A DNA stretch of 64,000 nucleotides from Octopus sinensis (lineage: Eukaryota). The stretch's first letter is position 1; each line of letters begins with the position of its first letter. The notes under the pieces are model-generated. The model was not told where the DNA came from and ran no database searches. It was given only the letters and a program-made list of their open reading frames with translations. Where the stretch lies: NCBI RefSeq assembly GCF_006345805.1, contig NC_043020.1, positions 9,114,001 to 9,178,000 on the forward strand. Direction: 5' to 3'. Position numbers and translations under genes: made by a program. Below, one piece after another: positions 1-12,249 of the stretch.

Positions 1-1138
1 TGGATATCTCCACCTCTTCAATGGTGTCTGCTCCATTGGAACCCACTAAAGCAGGTCTTGGATCATCTCTGGTCTGAGAATAGCTTTCTTCCCTCTTCCC
101 GCAGGTGTTGTAGGAGGAGGCCTTCCTGCAGGTCACGAATGCTGTTTTTCCATCTTCTTCATTATAAATAAAGTTGATCTGCACCATGACCACCACTAAC
201 TACTGCTCCCATTATGTCTCTTGCACACATACGTGCACTACTCACGCTTGCTCACTCATGAGATGTGGATCCAAAAGACCATCATCCAACTCATTGGCAA
301 CAATCCGCTCACCAACACATTACGACCTCTCTGGCCTGTGGCCGTGCTGTGTGTTTGTTTAGATGCCTCGTGTGTATGTATATCGAGTCAGGACATTGCC
401 ATATGTGTACGTACACACACACGTGTGTATTGTGTGCATAGGTGTGTTTATTGTGGTTGCTTCCATTGAAAGTTCGGCCCATTGCTAATTAATCTGTTCT
501 GTTGGTAACCGAAAGGATTAACTAATAAAAAAAAAAAATTATTCTCCCCTGTATGTAAAGTCTGGATTAATGATATAATCCCAACTGATTAAATCCTGCT
601 AATTACCATCCATCCACATGTCCACTTGCTTGATATATCTATGTATGCACACACACACACACACACACACAGATGCACACGTGGGTGTATATATATATAT
701 AGTGTGCACGTTTCTGGGCATGTGTGCCATGTGCCACCTAGATTCCTCATGCTTCATTGATTTTTGCTGATATAAGTCTCTCTCTCTCACACAAAATCAC
801 ACGTGTCTACAATTTATTTTTGCTTTATTTCTTTTTAATTTGATTAAAAATTTGTTTTTTTTCGTGACCCCCCTCCCCCTCCCTCCATTCACTCTGTTTT
901 TGATTTAAAAAAAGACTTTCTATTTTCCATATTTCGGTTTCTTTCTCTCCCACTTCTCACTCTCTCCCCTTCCCCTTCCTGTGCTTTTCTCTCCTTGTCT
1001 CCTGTACCCCCTCTCTTTCTCTCCCTCTTCCCAACCTATGCCAGCATTGAACATAGACATTAAATGATAATGATGATGATGATGATTTCTTTGAATTTTT
1101 GTGGTTTTTCTGTTCTTCCCTGTCTCTGAGTTCTTTAA

Positions 1139-1346
1139 CCCCTTAATGTTTGGATTATTCTATCAAACATAATGCTTATTGATTCCCATTGATTTGTATT
1201 AATCATGCATTATCTCATATCTTCAAGATCTTGATGGTGTAATTACTTAATGTAGAATAACATTGTAGGGTAGGTGTGAGGGCCTGGATCTGGTCAGTTT
1301 GAACATAAAACAGATTAACTATATGGCCGGTTTAAATACTAAAGGG
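1139..1346. mobile_element. piggyBac-type MITE
   Basis: TTAA|CCCTT...AAGGG|TTAA; body similar to 49711-49930 and about 9730-9958. Confidence 0.8.
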
Positions 1347-1974
1347 TTAAATTTTTCCAATTTCTATTTGTTTTTGTCATTTTTCATTTCTATTATAAAT
1401 TTCTCCTTATCTATGTGGGTTAGAATGGTCTTTAAATCTAACAATTGGCATAATTCTTTGTTGTTTTTATACTTTTTTTGCCTTAATAATTTGTAGGGGA
1501 ATGAATTTTCCCTTCTCACTCATCTCTAAAATTAATTCATTTCCCAGGAAAATTTGATTTTAGATAAGTTGAGTGGAGTGTCTTGCTCAAAGGTTGTGGT
1601 GCATAGAATTGGTAAATCATTTTTGGTATTTTGTATCTCTTTATGTTCAGAATTCAGATCTTCTTAGGTTGATAGGAACCGGGGTCAACATAGTCAGTGC
1701 ACTCCTTGTTCAGCAACTAAAACCAGTAAATGGAGCAGGAAAAAAAATAAATAAAAATAAAAACCGGTTTAACTGCAATGTGCAGAGATAAGAGCTTGAA
1801 TCTGCTGATGTTTGTTGTATGACTGACCACTATGACATAACAAGAAGATGGTAACCTCTGCTCAGTCATTCAACCTGCTAGAAAAGGCAGTGATATCTCC
1901 CTCAAATTACATCCATTCATCTTAAAATAAACATAAGGACACTAGAATGTTGCACCTTGGCTAGCATGTCTTTG

Positions 1975-2300
1975 GTCCTGGATGTCACCTGACCAGGTTG
2001 ACATGGAGTCACATGTGGGCACTTTGACTGAGTCCACCTGGAGTGAGCTGCAGTACCTTGTCTGGCCAGGTTGACCTGTAATACCTTGGTTGCAATGTTT
2101 TGGGTCCTGGGTAAGTTTGACATGAAGTCACATGTGGTACTTCATCTGGGTTCACATGTGGTACTTCATCTGGGTTCACATGTGGTATTTCATCTGGGTC
2201 TGCCTGGAATGAGTGCTAGTACCTTGTCTGGCCAGGTTGGCTTGTAATGCCTTGGCTGCAATGTTCTTGGTCCTGGGTTTGACCTGAAGTGATCCGAGTA
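1975..2300. repeat. Degenerate tandem duplication including three copies of a 24-bp unit (GTTCACATGTGGTACTTCATCTGG)
   Basis: TTGTCTGGCCAGGTTG..TGTAAT.CCTTGG.TGCAATGTT at about 2058 and 2223; 24-mers at 2126-2200. Confidence 0.7.
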
Positions 2301-2793
2301 CCTTGGTTAGTCCGGCTGATCTGGACTGACCTGTAGAACCCTGCCTGGTTAGGTTACCCCAGAGCGATAACAACCAACTCAAAGGAAAGGAGAAAGAGTT
2401 TCATGTTTATTTCATGGTCAAGTGGTTTGCAGGATCCCCCTGGTTGGTCATCCAGATGTAATAACAATTTTCCTCAACAAGAAAGCCATCCCACCCATGT
2501 TACCATGGAACAAATACAGACCCCACCCCCTCACCTGAGGGTCTGTGGATTGTTAATTTACCCAGTTGTTTGGTTCTAAATACTGAAATTTATTCAACTA
2601 AAGAAACTCGTGATAAGAACAAACCTTGTTTGAAATGTCACATATTTCTCATGCTGCAAGTGGGAACGTTTTAACTGGTTTTGTTTATTGGAAGAGGACA
2701 TCATGCCACTTCTAGGAATTCAATACTTTCTCCTTGTAATTTAAACAGCAGTCCCTTTATACCCCCAGCTTCTGATCTCCCTGCTCCTCAAAG

Positions 2794-2985
2794 GGCCAGT
2801 CACCCTGTCTCTTAACTGGCCAGTCACCCTGTCTCTTAACCGGCCAGTCACCCTGTCTCTTAACCGGCCAGTCACCCTGTCTCTTAACCGGCCAGTCACC
2901 CTGTCTCTTAACCGGCCAGTCACCCTGTCTCTTAACCAGCCAGTCACCCTGTCTCTTAACCGGCCAGTCACCCTGCCCCTTAAAT
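2794..2985. repeat. 24-bp minisatellite (GGCCAGTCACCCTGTCTCTTAACC) x about 8
   Basis: Direct reading; explains the spurious GRLRDRVT ORF. Confidence 0.95.
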
Positions 2986-3059
2986 GGTCAGTTCACTTGC
3001 ACCATCAATTTTCCTTTTTTACATACTTTATTTTTAAACCATTTATTCTTTCTCCATCC

Positions 3060-4366
3060 CTCACTTTCTCTCTGTTCCTCTCTTTCTCTCTGTTCCTCTC
3101 TTTCTCTCTGTTCCTCTCTTTCTCTCTGTTCCTCTCTTTCTCTCTGTTCCTCTCTTTCTCTCTGTTCCTCTCTTTCTCTCTGTTCATCTCTTTCACTCTG
3201 TTCTCTCTCTCACTCACTCTGTTCTCTCTTTCTCTCTGTTCTCTCTCTCACTCACTCTGTTCCTCTTTTCTCACTGTTCTCTCTTTCTCTCTGTTCTTTT
3301 CTTTCTTTCTGTTCCTCTTTCTCTCTCTCCCTCACTTTCTCTGTTCCTCTCTCTCTTTCTCACTGTTCTCTCTCTTTCTCACTGTTCTCTCTCTTTCTCT
3401 CTGTTCTCTCTCTTTCTCTCTGTTCCTCTCTTTCTCTCTGTTCCTCTCTTTCTCTCTGTTCCTCTCTTTCTCTCTGTTCATCTCTTTCACTCTGTTCTCT
3501 CTCTCACTCACTCTGTTCTCTCTCTTTCTCTCTGTTCTCTCTCTCACTCACTCTGTTCCTCTCTTTCTCACTGTTCCTCTCTTTCTCTCTGTTCCTTTCT
3601 TTCTCTCTGTTCCTTTCTTTCTCTCTGTTCTCTCTCTCACTCACTCTGTTCTCTCTTTCTCTCTCTCTGTTCTCTCTCTTTCTCTCTGTTCTCTCTCTTT
3701 CTCTCTGTTCTCTCTCTTTCTCTCTGTTCTCTCTCTTTCTCTCTGTTCCTTTCTTTCTCTCTGTCCTCTCTTTCTCTCTGTTCTCTCTTTCTCTCTGTTC
3801 CTCTCTTTCTCTCTGTTCCTCTCTTTCTCTCTGTTCCTCTCTTTCTCTCTGTTCCTCTCTTTCTCTCTGTTCATCTCTTTCACTCTGTTTCTCTCTCTCA
3901 CTCACTCTGTTCTCTCTCTTTCTCTCTGTTTCTCTCTCTCACTCACTCTGTTCCTCTCTTTCTCACTGTTCCTCTCTTTCTCTCTGTTCTTTTCTTTCTT
4001 TCTGTTCCTCTCTTTCTCTCTCTCCCTCACTTTCTCTGTTCCTCTCTCTCTTTCTCACTGTTCTCTCTCTTTCTCACTGTTCTCTCTCTTTCTCTCTGTT
4101 CTCTCTCTTTCTCTCTGTTCCTCTCTTTCTCTCTCTCTGTTCCTCTCTTTCTCTCTCTCTGTTCCTTTCTTTCTCTCTGTTCCTTTCTTTCTCTCTGTTC
4201 CTTTCTTTCTCTCTGTTCCTCTCTTTCTCTCTGTCCCTCACTTTCTCTCTGTCCCTCTCTTTCTCTCTGTTCCTCTCTTTCTCACTGTTCTCTCTCTCAC
4301 TCACTCTGTTCTCTCTCTTTCTCTCTGTTCCTCTCTCTCACTCACTCTGTTCCCTCCCTCTCTCTC
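3060..4366. repeat. 1.3-kb compound pyrimidine-rich satellite based on TCTCTGTTCCTCTCTTTC (18 bp)
   Basis: Direct reading; source of the spurious 479-aa LFLSFS ORF. Confidence 0.97.
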
Positions 4367-5860
4367 TAATCAATTAATATCATCTGGATTATCTTCTACA
4401 TTTTTTAATCTCCAACAATTTACTCTTCAAAAGTAATTTCATTTCTGCTCATTAAACATTTAACTTTCTTGATTGCTTTCTCTTCAATGGATTTAATTCT
4501 TTGTTTGTCATCATTACTGCTGCTGCTTCTGGTGTTGTTGTTGTTATTGTCGTAGTTCTAGTTACTGATGCTGTTATTGTTTCTTTTTTTCTTGTATTCA
4601 TCCGATCTTTTATGGTTGTTATTGTTGTTTAACCATAGGCCAGTCCTGACCCGGTAGACCAGACCTGCAGCTACACTCATATAACAATCTCATCTCTTTA
4701 TTTCATTTTCTGCCAGACTTTAAATAATATTTCAAATATACTGTCCCCTTTTTTTACTCAGCCATTTTCCCTCCTTTGAATCCCTTTGATTCTTATTTTC
4801 CTCTAAAGGACCCTTACGTTTAAAAAAATCTTATTTTATTTTTACAATTAAATATTGTATACTGAGTCCAAGTTCTGCCAAAGTTGACTTTGTCTTTCAT
4901 CCTTTCGGGTTTGGTTAAATAAGTACCAGTTACGCACTGGGGTTGATGTAATTGACTTGATCCCTACCCCCAAATTTGAGACGTTGTGCTTCCATTTGAA
5001 AGGATTATTAGGAATTGTATAAAAAATTTGTTAGAATGTTTTAGTATTAGTGAAATACCAGACCTATACTGGTCTCTCTTCATCTGCAAATGCCACCAAA
5101 TAAGGGTCAATTGCTTGACTAATGGAACCTTTGTTAAACCTTGACCGTACACTGATATCAAGATGGCCGAACTGTTAGAATGTCAGAAAAAATGTCTTGT
5201 GGTTTTTCTTTTGGGTTTTTATAATCAGATTTCATGTCCTGCTGTAGTCATCTTGGCTTTTTGTTCTTTCAGGGTTCTTTCAGGGTTGATAAGCAGACAA
5301 GCCCTAGGGTTCATTTAACCAATTTACTCCCTCCCCTGTATTTTCTGTCTAAACTGGCAATGAATAATTATGGTTGTGTTCCCTTACGGAGGTGACTCTC
5401 ATTTTCTTTTTATTGCATCTCTCTCTCCATGTCTCCTTTTTCCTTTCCCCTTTTATCTCTCTCTCTCTGAAATCATTTTATCTAAGTTCATATTTATGTG
5501 CTGTGTGGAGGCCAGCATGTCAAAGAATAGCCCCAACGTTTCCTCTGCTTGTTGCAAAAGGTAGGACTTACACTCCGACCTCGTTAAAACCCTCACCAGT
5601 AATGACTCTCCGAAACAGACCCACGTGTTGGAGGGTTGTCACCTGAGTAGTGCAGAGGCATCATCTACCAGGGGTAGTAACGAGTCACCTACAAAATGGT
5701 GAGTTCAGTAATGCACTGTCACAATGTATGCGCCCATAGTACTACTACTACTATTCCGTGTGTGTGTGCGCGTGCGCATATGTTTGCTTTATATATTTAT
5801 ATGTATGCTATATGTAATATCTATATATATATATATGTGTTTTTATTTTTCTATTTTCAG

Positions 5861-6023
5861 CCCATCTGGCTGTACGTTTTGGGGTAAGAAACCATGGAGT
5901 CGAAAGAAGAAGATTCTCTGGCAGTTGGGGACACTAATAGGTGCTCCTGTTGGGATAACGCTATTTGCGGGAATTGCTGTCCCTGCGCTAATCATTGGAA
6001 TACCCGTATGGGTAGGAAGGCGG
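5861..6023 (+). CDS. RNF19: RNF19A/B-like RBR E3 ubiquitin ligase, first recognisable exon in window ([54 protein letters not shown])
   Basis: Peptide is nearly identical to the post-RING2/TM1 segment of vertebrate RNF19A as I recall it. Flanked by ttttcag| and |gtaagt; phase 2 to 0. Confidence 0.95.
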
Positions 6024-6232
6024 GTAAGTTTTGTCTTACTTAGCTAACTTCGTTTTCATACTGTTTCTTGTCCTATTTTTTCTAATAAATCCGTTTCTTT
6101 CTTGACTCTTTTTTCTGTTCTGTGCATCACATCTGATAGACAGGACATGTTTCCCTGGTGTTCACACATCATATATGATACCCCACACCCTTTTTTTTTT
6201 TTTTCCAACTGCTAAAATAATTTGGAACTTAT

Positions 6233-6642
6233 TACTCTTTACTCTTTTACTTGTTTCAGTCATTTGACTGCGGCCATGCTGGAGCACCGCCTTTAGTCGA
6301 GCAAATCGACCCCGGGACTTATTCTTTGTAAGCCCAGTACTTATTCTATCGGTCTCTTTTGCCGAACCGCTAAGTGACGGGGACGTAAACACACCAGCAT
6401 CGGTTGTCAAGCAATGCTAGGGGGACAAACAGACACACAAACACATACACACACATACATATATATATATACATATATACGACAGGCTTCATTCAGTTTC
6501 CGTCTACCAAATCCACTCACAAGGCATTGGTCGACCCGGAGCTATAGCAGAAGACACTTGCCCAAGATGCCACGCAGTGGGACTGAACCCGGAACCATGT
6601 GGTTGGTAAGCAAGCAACTTACCACACAGCCACTCCTGCGCC
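6233..6642 (-). mobile_element. SINE family A (tRNA-derived head, internal (TA)/(TG) microsatellite, GTAAAAGA tail), full length
   Basis: Head GGCGCAGGAGTGGCTGTGTGG (A box)...GGTTCAGTCCC (B box); at least 15 related copies in the window. Confidence 0.9.
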
Positions 6643-7287
6643 TATGTGAGAAGGCTTTATATTGCTCAGGACATAAGAAACAGTGCCTAAGCAAAAGTTT
6701 GAACACCAGCAAGGATGTGTCAGAGAAACTTATAAAAATTTGCTTTGGGCAAGTGAAGTGTTTGTCACAAAACAGCCTCATTATAAAGACACATTTTGTG
6801 TAACATAATTCATCAATGTCACGTTAAACTGTCTCCAACAGAACTGCTCAGCTCTTTTGACTGTTCCGTATATCACATCTAATGTACAGGACATACTTCT
6901 CAGGCATCCATGCATCATATACGACATGCATTCACCAACTTTTTTTCCAGCTATCAGAGTTATTTTGGACTTAACAAAAGTGGGGGATTTTTATATATTA
7001 CTCAGAACATATGAAACAAGGGTTAACTAAAAATCTGAAAACAAGCTAGGATCTTTAGGACAAACTTATAAAAATATTTTGGTCAGGCAAAAGGGTGAAA
7101 GAAAAACAACAACAACAAAAAAAAGACAAAGTTCTGTTTTCTACCCAAACCATTCCCTTCAGTTATATCCTATCCCTAACCACTGATCCCTTCATTTCTC
7201 TTGCTACTACATTCCATTTGACAATGATGCCATTGCTGGATTTTGTGGGTTTTTTAAAAAATTCCTTCTTGTTTGTTTTCTCTGCAG

Positions 7288-7396
7288 TTGCTTTCCAAAT
7301 ATGAGCATTCCCCGAAACACAGAAGAAATGTTACAATTGCTGCTGGAGTCGCTGCCTCAGTTCTGTTTTCACCTGTAATTGCCAGTTTAGCTGTAG
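7288..7396 (+). CDS. RNF19: RNF19 exon (LLSKYEHSPKHRRNVTIAAGVAASVLFSPVIASLAV)
   Basis: tctgcag| and |gtaagt; phase 0 to 1; matches the RNF19 KHKRNLAIAGGV..SPV..TM2 region and keeps frame with neighbouring exons. Confidence 0.93.
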
Positions 7397-7883
7397 GTAA
7401 GTGGAGCTATCCCTCATCTTACGGGCCCTGAGATCTCTTATGGGTTATCCTTTATTGGGTACCTCTTGCTGCCAGTAAAGGTGTTGGCAAGTCCTGCTAC
7501 CCACCCTCTTGACAGAGATGGAAGTGAGGCAAGAAGACAGAGGTTGTGATCTATGCTATCGAGTAGGTAATACCTGATATGTGTGTATGTGTGTACCTAT
7601 ATATCTGTATGTAAGCATGTGTGTGTATAATATAGGTATCAATAGAAGACACAAAATTCAGGTAATCGATAAAGTTTTCCTTTATAACGTCGGAGTACTT
7701 AAGACAAATCTCATAAAACCGTAAAAAACGTGTGTACAAAATTACACAAAAATCATAAAAACATACATACAAATACATATGAACGTATAAAAATGTACTG
7801 TATTATTCATATGGCTCATATTCTGAGCACTACATGGTTGTTCTATATGCGGAATTAATTCCTCCATTCTTTCCTTGTATGTA

Positions 7884-7929
<46 letters not shown>

Positions 7930-7933
<4 letters not shown>

Positions 7934-8345
7934 TAAATTAGAGATAAAACCACTATTAGGCAAATCAAACAATGAAAAACATAAGCCAATACATAAAATT
8001 AATTAATTTATATTATTTTAAATATATATCAAAAGTATTAAAAGTTTAATAAAAGATAAAGAGTAAAACACTACGATCGTTTCATGGCTGTACAATTCGT
8101 AATAATTCGAGTTATGGTTACAGTCAATCTTCAGGTTAATTGAAATATTTATCTTAGCGAGGTTTAGGGGAAGAATTCACAAAAAAAAAAAGATGAAGAC
8201 AGGTGGTGTAGACCACAAACAGATGTATTAGTATAATGCTTGGGAAGTGAAAAAGTCTTTAACGTTTTGAGCATACGCTCTTCTACAGAAAGGGACACAA
8301 AGAAACAAGGAGAGAAAATAAAGAATGTGTAGTGGCTAGCGATCT

Positions 8346-8349
<4 letters not shown>
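7930..8349 (-). mobile_element. Non-autonomous Penelope-like terminal element with two tandem hammerhead-like motifs (copy 1)
   Basis: Minus strand: GATAGATCGCTAGCCACT...CTGTAGA-A-GAGC..GCTC-AAAA-CGTT-AAAG ... CTGAAGA-T-TGACTGTA..TACAGCCA-T-GAAA-CGATCG-TA; colinear with 54939-55346; flanked by (TA)n. Confidence 0.7.
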
Positions 8350-8388
<39 letters not shown>

Positions 8389-8559
8389 TATGTATATAAA
8401 CATACACACACGTGTTTGTGTGTGTGTATATATAATGTGTGTGTGTGTTTGGAAGAAGGTGAGTATTGAGGCTGTTGCTACTCAGTTTGTCACTCCATGT
8501 GATCATTCACCTGAATGATCATGCATGTATGTGTCTATGTATATGCAAAAAGGGATCAA

Positions 8560-8792
8560 AGGTCCTTCCTAGCCACAGGCTCACGTGACCGACTTCCCAG
8601 ATTTTGGAGGTGATGTATATCATGTCTATTCCCCCAGCTGGACGAGACACCGACCTGTCACATTGATCGTTCATTTTTGCCAGCTGCGTGAACAGGAGCA
8701 ACATGAAATGAAGTGCTTTGCTCACAAACAACGCATCGCCCAGTCCAGGTATCGAAACCCGAATCGCACGGTCACGAATGCAACACTAAGCC
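8560..8792 (-). mobile_element. Diverged tRNA-derived SINE (shared central domain plus a third tail type)
   Basis: GGCTTAGTG...GGTTTCGATACC head; GAGCAAAGCACTTCATTTCATGTTGCTCC block. Confidence 0.6.
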
Positions 8793-9178
8793 TCTCTCTC
8801 TCTCTCTGTCTTTCACACACACACACACATACACACAGACATACACACACACACTCACACACAGACATACACACAGACAAAATATGCCGGTCCAGGTTGA
8901 GTGAATACATGCGAATGAAATAATGGCTGAAGTGGTGTTCCTGAGCAAGGGACATAACTCTGCTTGCCTCTGTTTTCTTGATTGACAAAATACGAGAATG
9001 GTCGAAATAAGGCAACCACAATCCCCACACCGTTGGTGGAAAAATCTCAATTGTCTACTACCCCACACCCCCATTCACTTGCCCCCCTCCTTTTCTTTTT
9101 TTTTTAACTCACTTAAACTCTTCTAGAATTTGCGATTGTGAAGGTTTATTCGTTTCCTCTGACTTTTGTCTCTACCAG

Positions 9179-9334
9179 GTATTGGAGTCCCTATCTTACT
9201 AGCTTACGTCTATGGTGTCGTACCAATTTCGCTGTGTCGCAGTGGTGGCTGTGGAGTTACTACAACTAACACTGGTGTCCGATTTGAATTTGATGAAAAT
9301 GAAGTCACTGGCGGTTCAAACGGTCCTTATGCCA
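9179..9334 (+). CDS. RNF19: RNF19 exon ([52 protein letters not shown])
   Basis: ctaccag| and |gtaagt; phase 1 to 1; [25 protein letters not shown] is a hallmark RNF19 motif. Confidence 0.96.
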
Positions 9335-9375
9335 GTAAGTAACAAAGAAGTATTTAAAATTTTTCTCATTGTATG

Positions 9376-9601
9376 TTACAGTTGTCGGAGCACTGCATCC
9401 TTCAAAACTTCCATGCTTCCTGACATTCGCCAACACTACACCTGATTTTCTCCCCTCCATACAAACACAAGCATGTATCTGACTCGTACATTGTTCGCTT
9501 TCCAGACATTTCTACATTACTGCATGTACTTTATATGCACTTTCTGACAAGTTGTGGTGCACCTGAGCACTGTATACAATAATTTCATTATTATTATTAT
9601 T
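9376..9601 (+). mobile_element. CR1 3' end (long-UTR subfamily)
   Basis: Matches 38690-38910, ending GTGCACCTGAGCACTGTATACAATAATTTCATTATT. Confidence 0.88.
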
Positions 9602-9970
9602 TTGTCATCAGAGGTCATTTTCTTTTTTTTTTCTTTTCTTTTCTATTACTGAGGGGGTCGCTTTCATTACGTTCCATTTGTTATAGATTATCACAAATTT
9701 CAGGTGATGTGCCTAAAATTATTTACCTGTCTAAGAGAAACACACCTGATAATAATTATTTTCTTTGTCCAATTCATTGCTTATTCACATTGTTTAGAAA
9801 TTATCAGGTGTTCTCTTGTAGCTTCAATATTGCGATGATGTGATTGTATATTTTTAGAAAGACATTGTAGGGTAGTGTGAGAGGTTGGATCTAGTCAGTT
9901 TAAATATAAAACAGGGTATATATTTTGGCAGGATATGGTTGGTTTAAATGCTGAAGGGTTAAAGACGAAA

Positions 9971-10212
9971 CATCATCATCATCGTTTAACGTCTGTTCTC
10001 CATGCTAGCATGGGTTGGACGGTTCGACTGGGGATCTGGGAAACCAGAAGGTTGCACCAGGCTCCAGTCTGATATGGCAGTGTTTCTACAGCTGGATGCC
10101 CTTCCTAATGCCAACCACTCTGTGAGTGTAGTGGGTGCTTTTTATGTGCCAGGTGCCAGGCGAGGCTGGCAAATGGCCACGATCGGATTGGTGCTTTTTA
10201 CATGCCACCGGC
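9971..10212 (-). mobile_element. RTE 3' UTR copy
   Basis: Matches 55349-55600. Confidence 0.88.
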
Positions 10213-10346
10213 ATGTCTAAATATTGTGTAGATGTAAATATTCGAAAATGTTTCAACTTTGATGATAACAAAGTTTATTGTGTGCAAAAATTATAATCAT
10301 GAAATAAAATAATTTAATTTTTTTTTTTCTCTAAATTCTATTTCAG

Positions 10347-10575
10347 CTGATAACACAACTGCCGAAAATATCAGTCATGTCGCCAATCCCAGCATTGCTC
10401 CAAGCATTGGAGAGGCTTCAGTTGCAATGACCAATAGTCTAAGTGCCAGTGGTAGTCATATTGACCGAATGGGCATTTTACGAGACGAATGTGACCGGGA
10501 TTCAGCTAGTCACAGAGCCACAACAGAATCCAGCCTCAATGGGAGCCTCATAGAAGGGGGTGGCTATCACACAAA
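10347..10575 (+). CDS. RNF19: RNF19 exon (TDNTTAENISHVANPSIAPSIGEASVAMTNSLSASGSHIDRMGILRD...GGGYHT)
   Basis: tttcag| and |gtaagt; phase 1 to 2; PSIGE and SLSASGSH.DR.G motifs shared with RNF19A. Confidence 0.92.
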
Positions 10576-10926
10576 GTAAGTAGATTCAGAGATCTTTTTT
10601 TTTTCTTTTTCGTATATTTATAAAAATGATTTGCCTTGATTTCACGTGATGGTCGTAAACAAATGTCACTGTTATACAAGCAGTGTACCTTTGTGCCAAT
10701 CTTCCACTTGGAAACAGGTGAAGGTTAGTACCAGGAAGGGCATCTGACCCTTAAAAATCTTCTTCAGCCTGTTCTGTCCAACCCACGCAAACATGGGCAA
10801 GTGGACGATGATTGTCAGTGAAGGGAGGTCAGCATCTATGACCTTTGTAACTTTCCAGGTCACTTGAGACTGATGGGAGGAATTCATCCTCAGATTCAGT
10901 TGGTCATTGAAACCACTGACCTCTCT

Positions 10927-11480
10927 CATCATCATCATCATATGTCCGTTTTCCATGCTAGCATGGGTTGGACGGTTTGACAGGAGCTGACCAGCTGAAG
11001 GGCTGTTCAGGCTCCCTGTCTGTTTTGGCATGGTTTCTACAGCCAGCTGCCCTTTTTAATGTCAACCACTTTACAGAGTGTACTGGGTGCTTTATACGTG
11101 GCACCAGAATGTGTGCTTTTTACATGGCTCCAGTACCTACGAGCCCACAAGATTAGGGATGCTCAGCTGGAGAGAGTTACAGCAGGATCAGCCTGTTTGC
11201 AAAGGTAACCATACTTAGCTTGATATATCTTTTGAAGCACAGCAAACCGCCAAGAGTCTTAGTCCCCTGTCATCTCCTCTGTGAGTCCCTTTGTCTCTAG
11301 ACCCTTTCCCTCCACTTCATCCCGCCTCCTATTTATTTAACATCTGTTCTTCTTCTTCTTGTTCCCTTCACGACTTCTTAACATTCTTCAACTTCCTTTG
11401 CAATCTGCTAACACATCTTTAAATTCTGCAGTGAAGCGCTCTGCCTCAAATGCCAAAACTCTTCTCTCTTCCAATCTTAC
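10927..11480 (-). mobile_element. Diverged RTE 3' end (UTR plus decayed ORF C-terminus)
   Basis: (GAT)n tail, CCATGCTAGCATGG motif, and decayed WDEV...GLTEEMT.D.D.WR at about 11250-11340. Confidence 0.7.
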
Positions 11481-11870
11481 AAATATCTGGACTTATTTTC
11501 AAGATTTTATATTATGTATAAATTATTAGTTGTGGGCAACTGAGAAGAAAGGTGAGTTTTGATATTTCAAAGAATGGCCCGGACCTACTCACTCTTTACA
11601 ACACAAGAATTTAATGAGCCAATAAAGACATCCCTATACAGTCCAACCAACCTGCTAGAAATAGCAGCCAAATTTCCTTTTATATAACACACCTTGTCCT
11701 CTTAACCTTTTTTATACCAATCTACTTGAAACTGCCTTTGGTCTTACGACACAAACTTCTTGTTTTAAAGGGCTCTAAATTAAGACACTTTGTTTTAGTC
11801 AAATGGAATCACTATTTTATTGAAAGCCAGAAGTGATTTGAGTGTGTTTAATTATCTTAATTAAATTAAG

Positions 11871-11900
<30 letters not shown>

Positions 11901-11901
<1 letters not shown>

Positions 11902-12220
11902 TTACAAAGTAAGAAAACAGCACAGCTCCCATGACTTCAGGAAACATTTTTTCACGCTAAGAGTTGCTGAAGCGTGGAACAAACTGCTGGCATCAGTTGT
12001 TAGTTGTTGGAGCACTGCATTCTTCAAAACTTCCATGCTTCCTGAGATTCGCCAACACTACACTTGGTTTTCTCCCCTCCATACACACACAAGCATGTAT
12101 CTGACTCATACACTGTCCACTTTCCAGACATTTGTACATTACTGCATGTACTTTATACGCACTTTCTGACAAGTTGTGGTGCACCTGAGCACTGTATACA
12201 ATAATTTCATTATTATTATT
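11901..12220 (+). mobile_element. CR1 3' end (long-UTR subfamily) in (TA)n, ending about 30 nt before an RNF19 exon
   Basis: Matches 38585-38910. Confidence 0.9.
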
Positions 12221-12249
12221 ATATATATATTTTTTTTTTCTTTTTCAAG

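Noticed and set aside
1-190. Open minus-strand frame at the window start (MVQINFIYNEEDGK...)
   Set aside because: Short, truncated by the window edge, no recognisable motif or splice signals.
2997-4436. 479-aa ORF rich in L/F/S, and antisense ERNREK ORFs
   Set aside because: Direct translation of the CT-rich satellite; no stops arise because of composition.
6162-6803. Recurrent ORFs MTTDAGVFTSP... and ...RQASFSFRLPNPLTRHW... found many times in the window
   Set aside because: Incidental translations of SINE-A on both strands.
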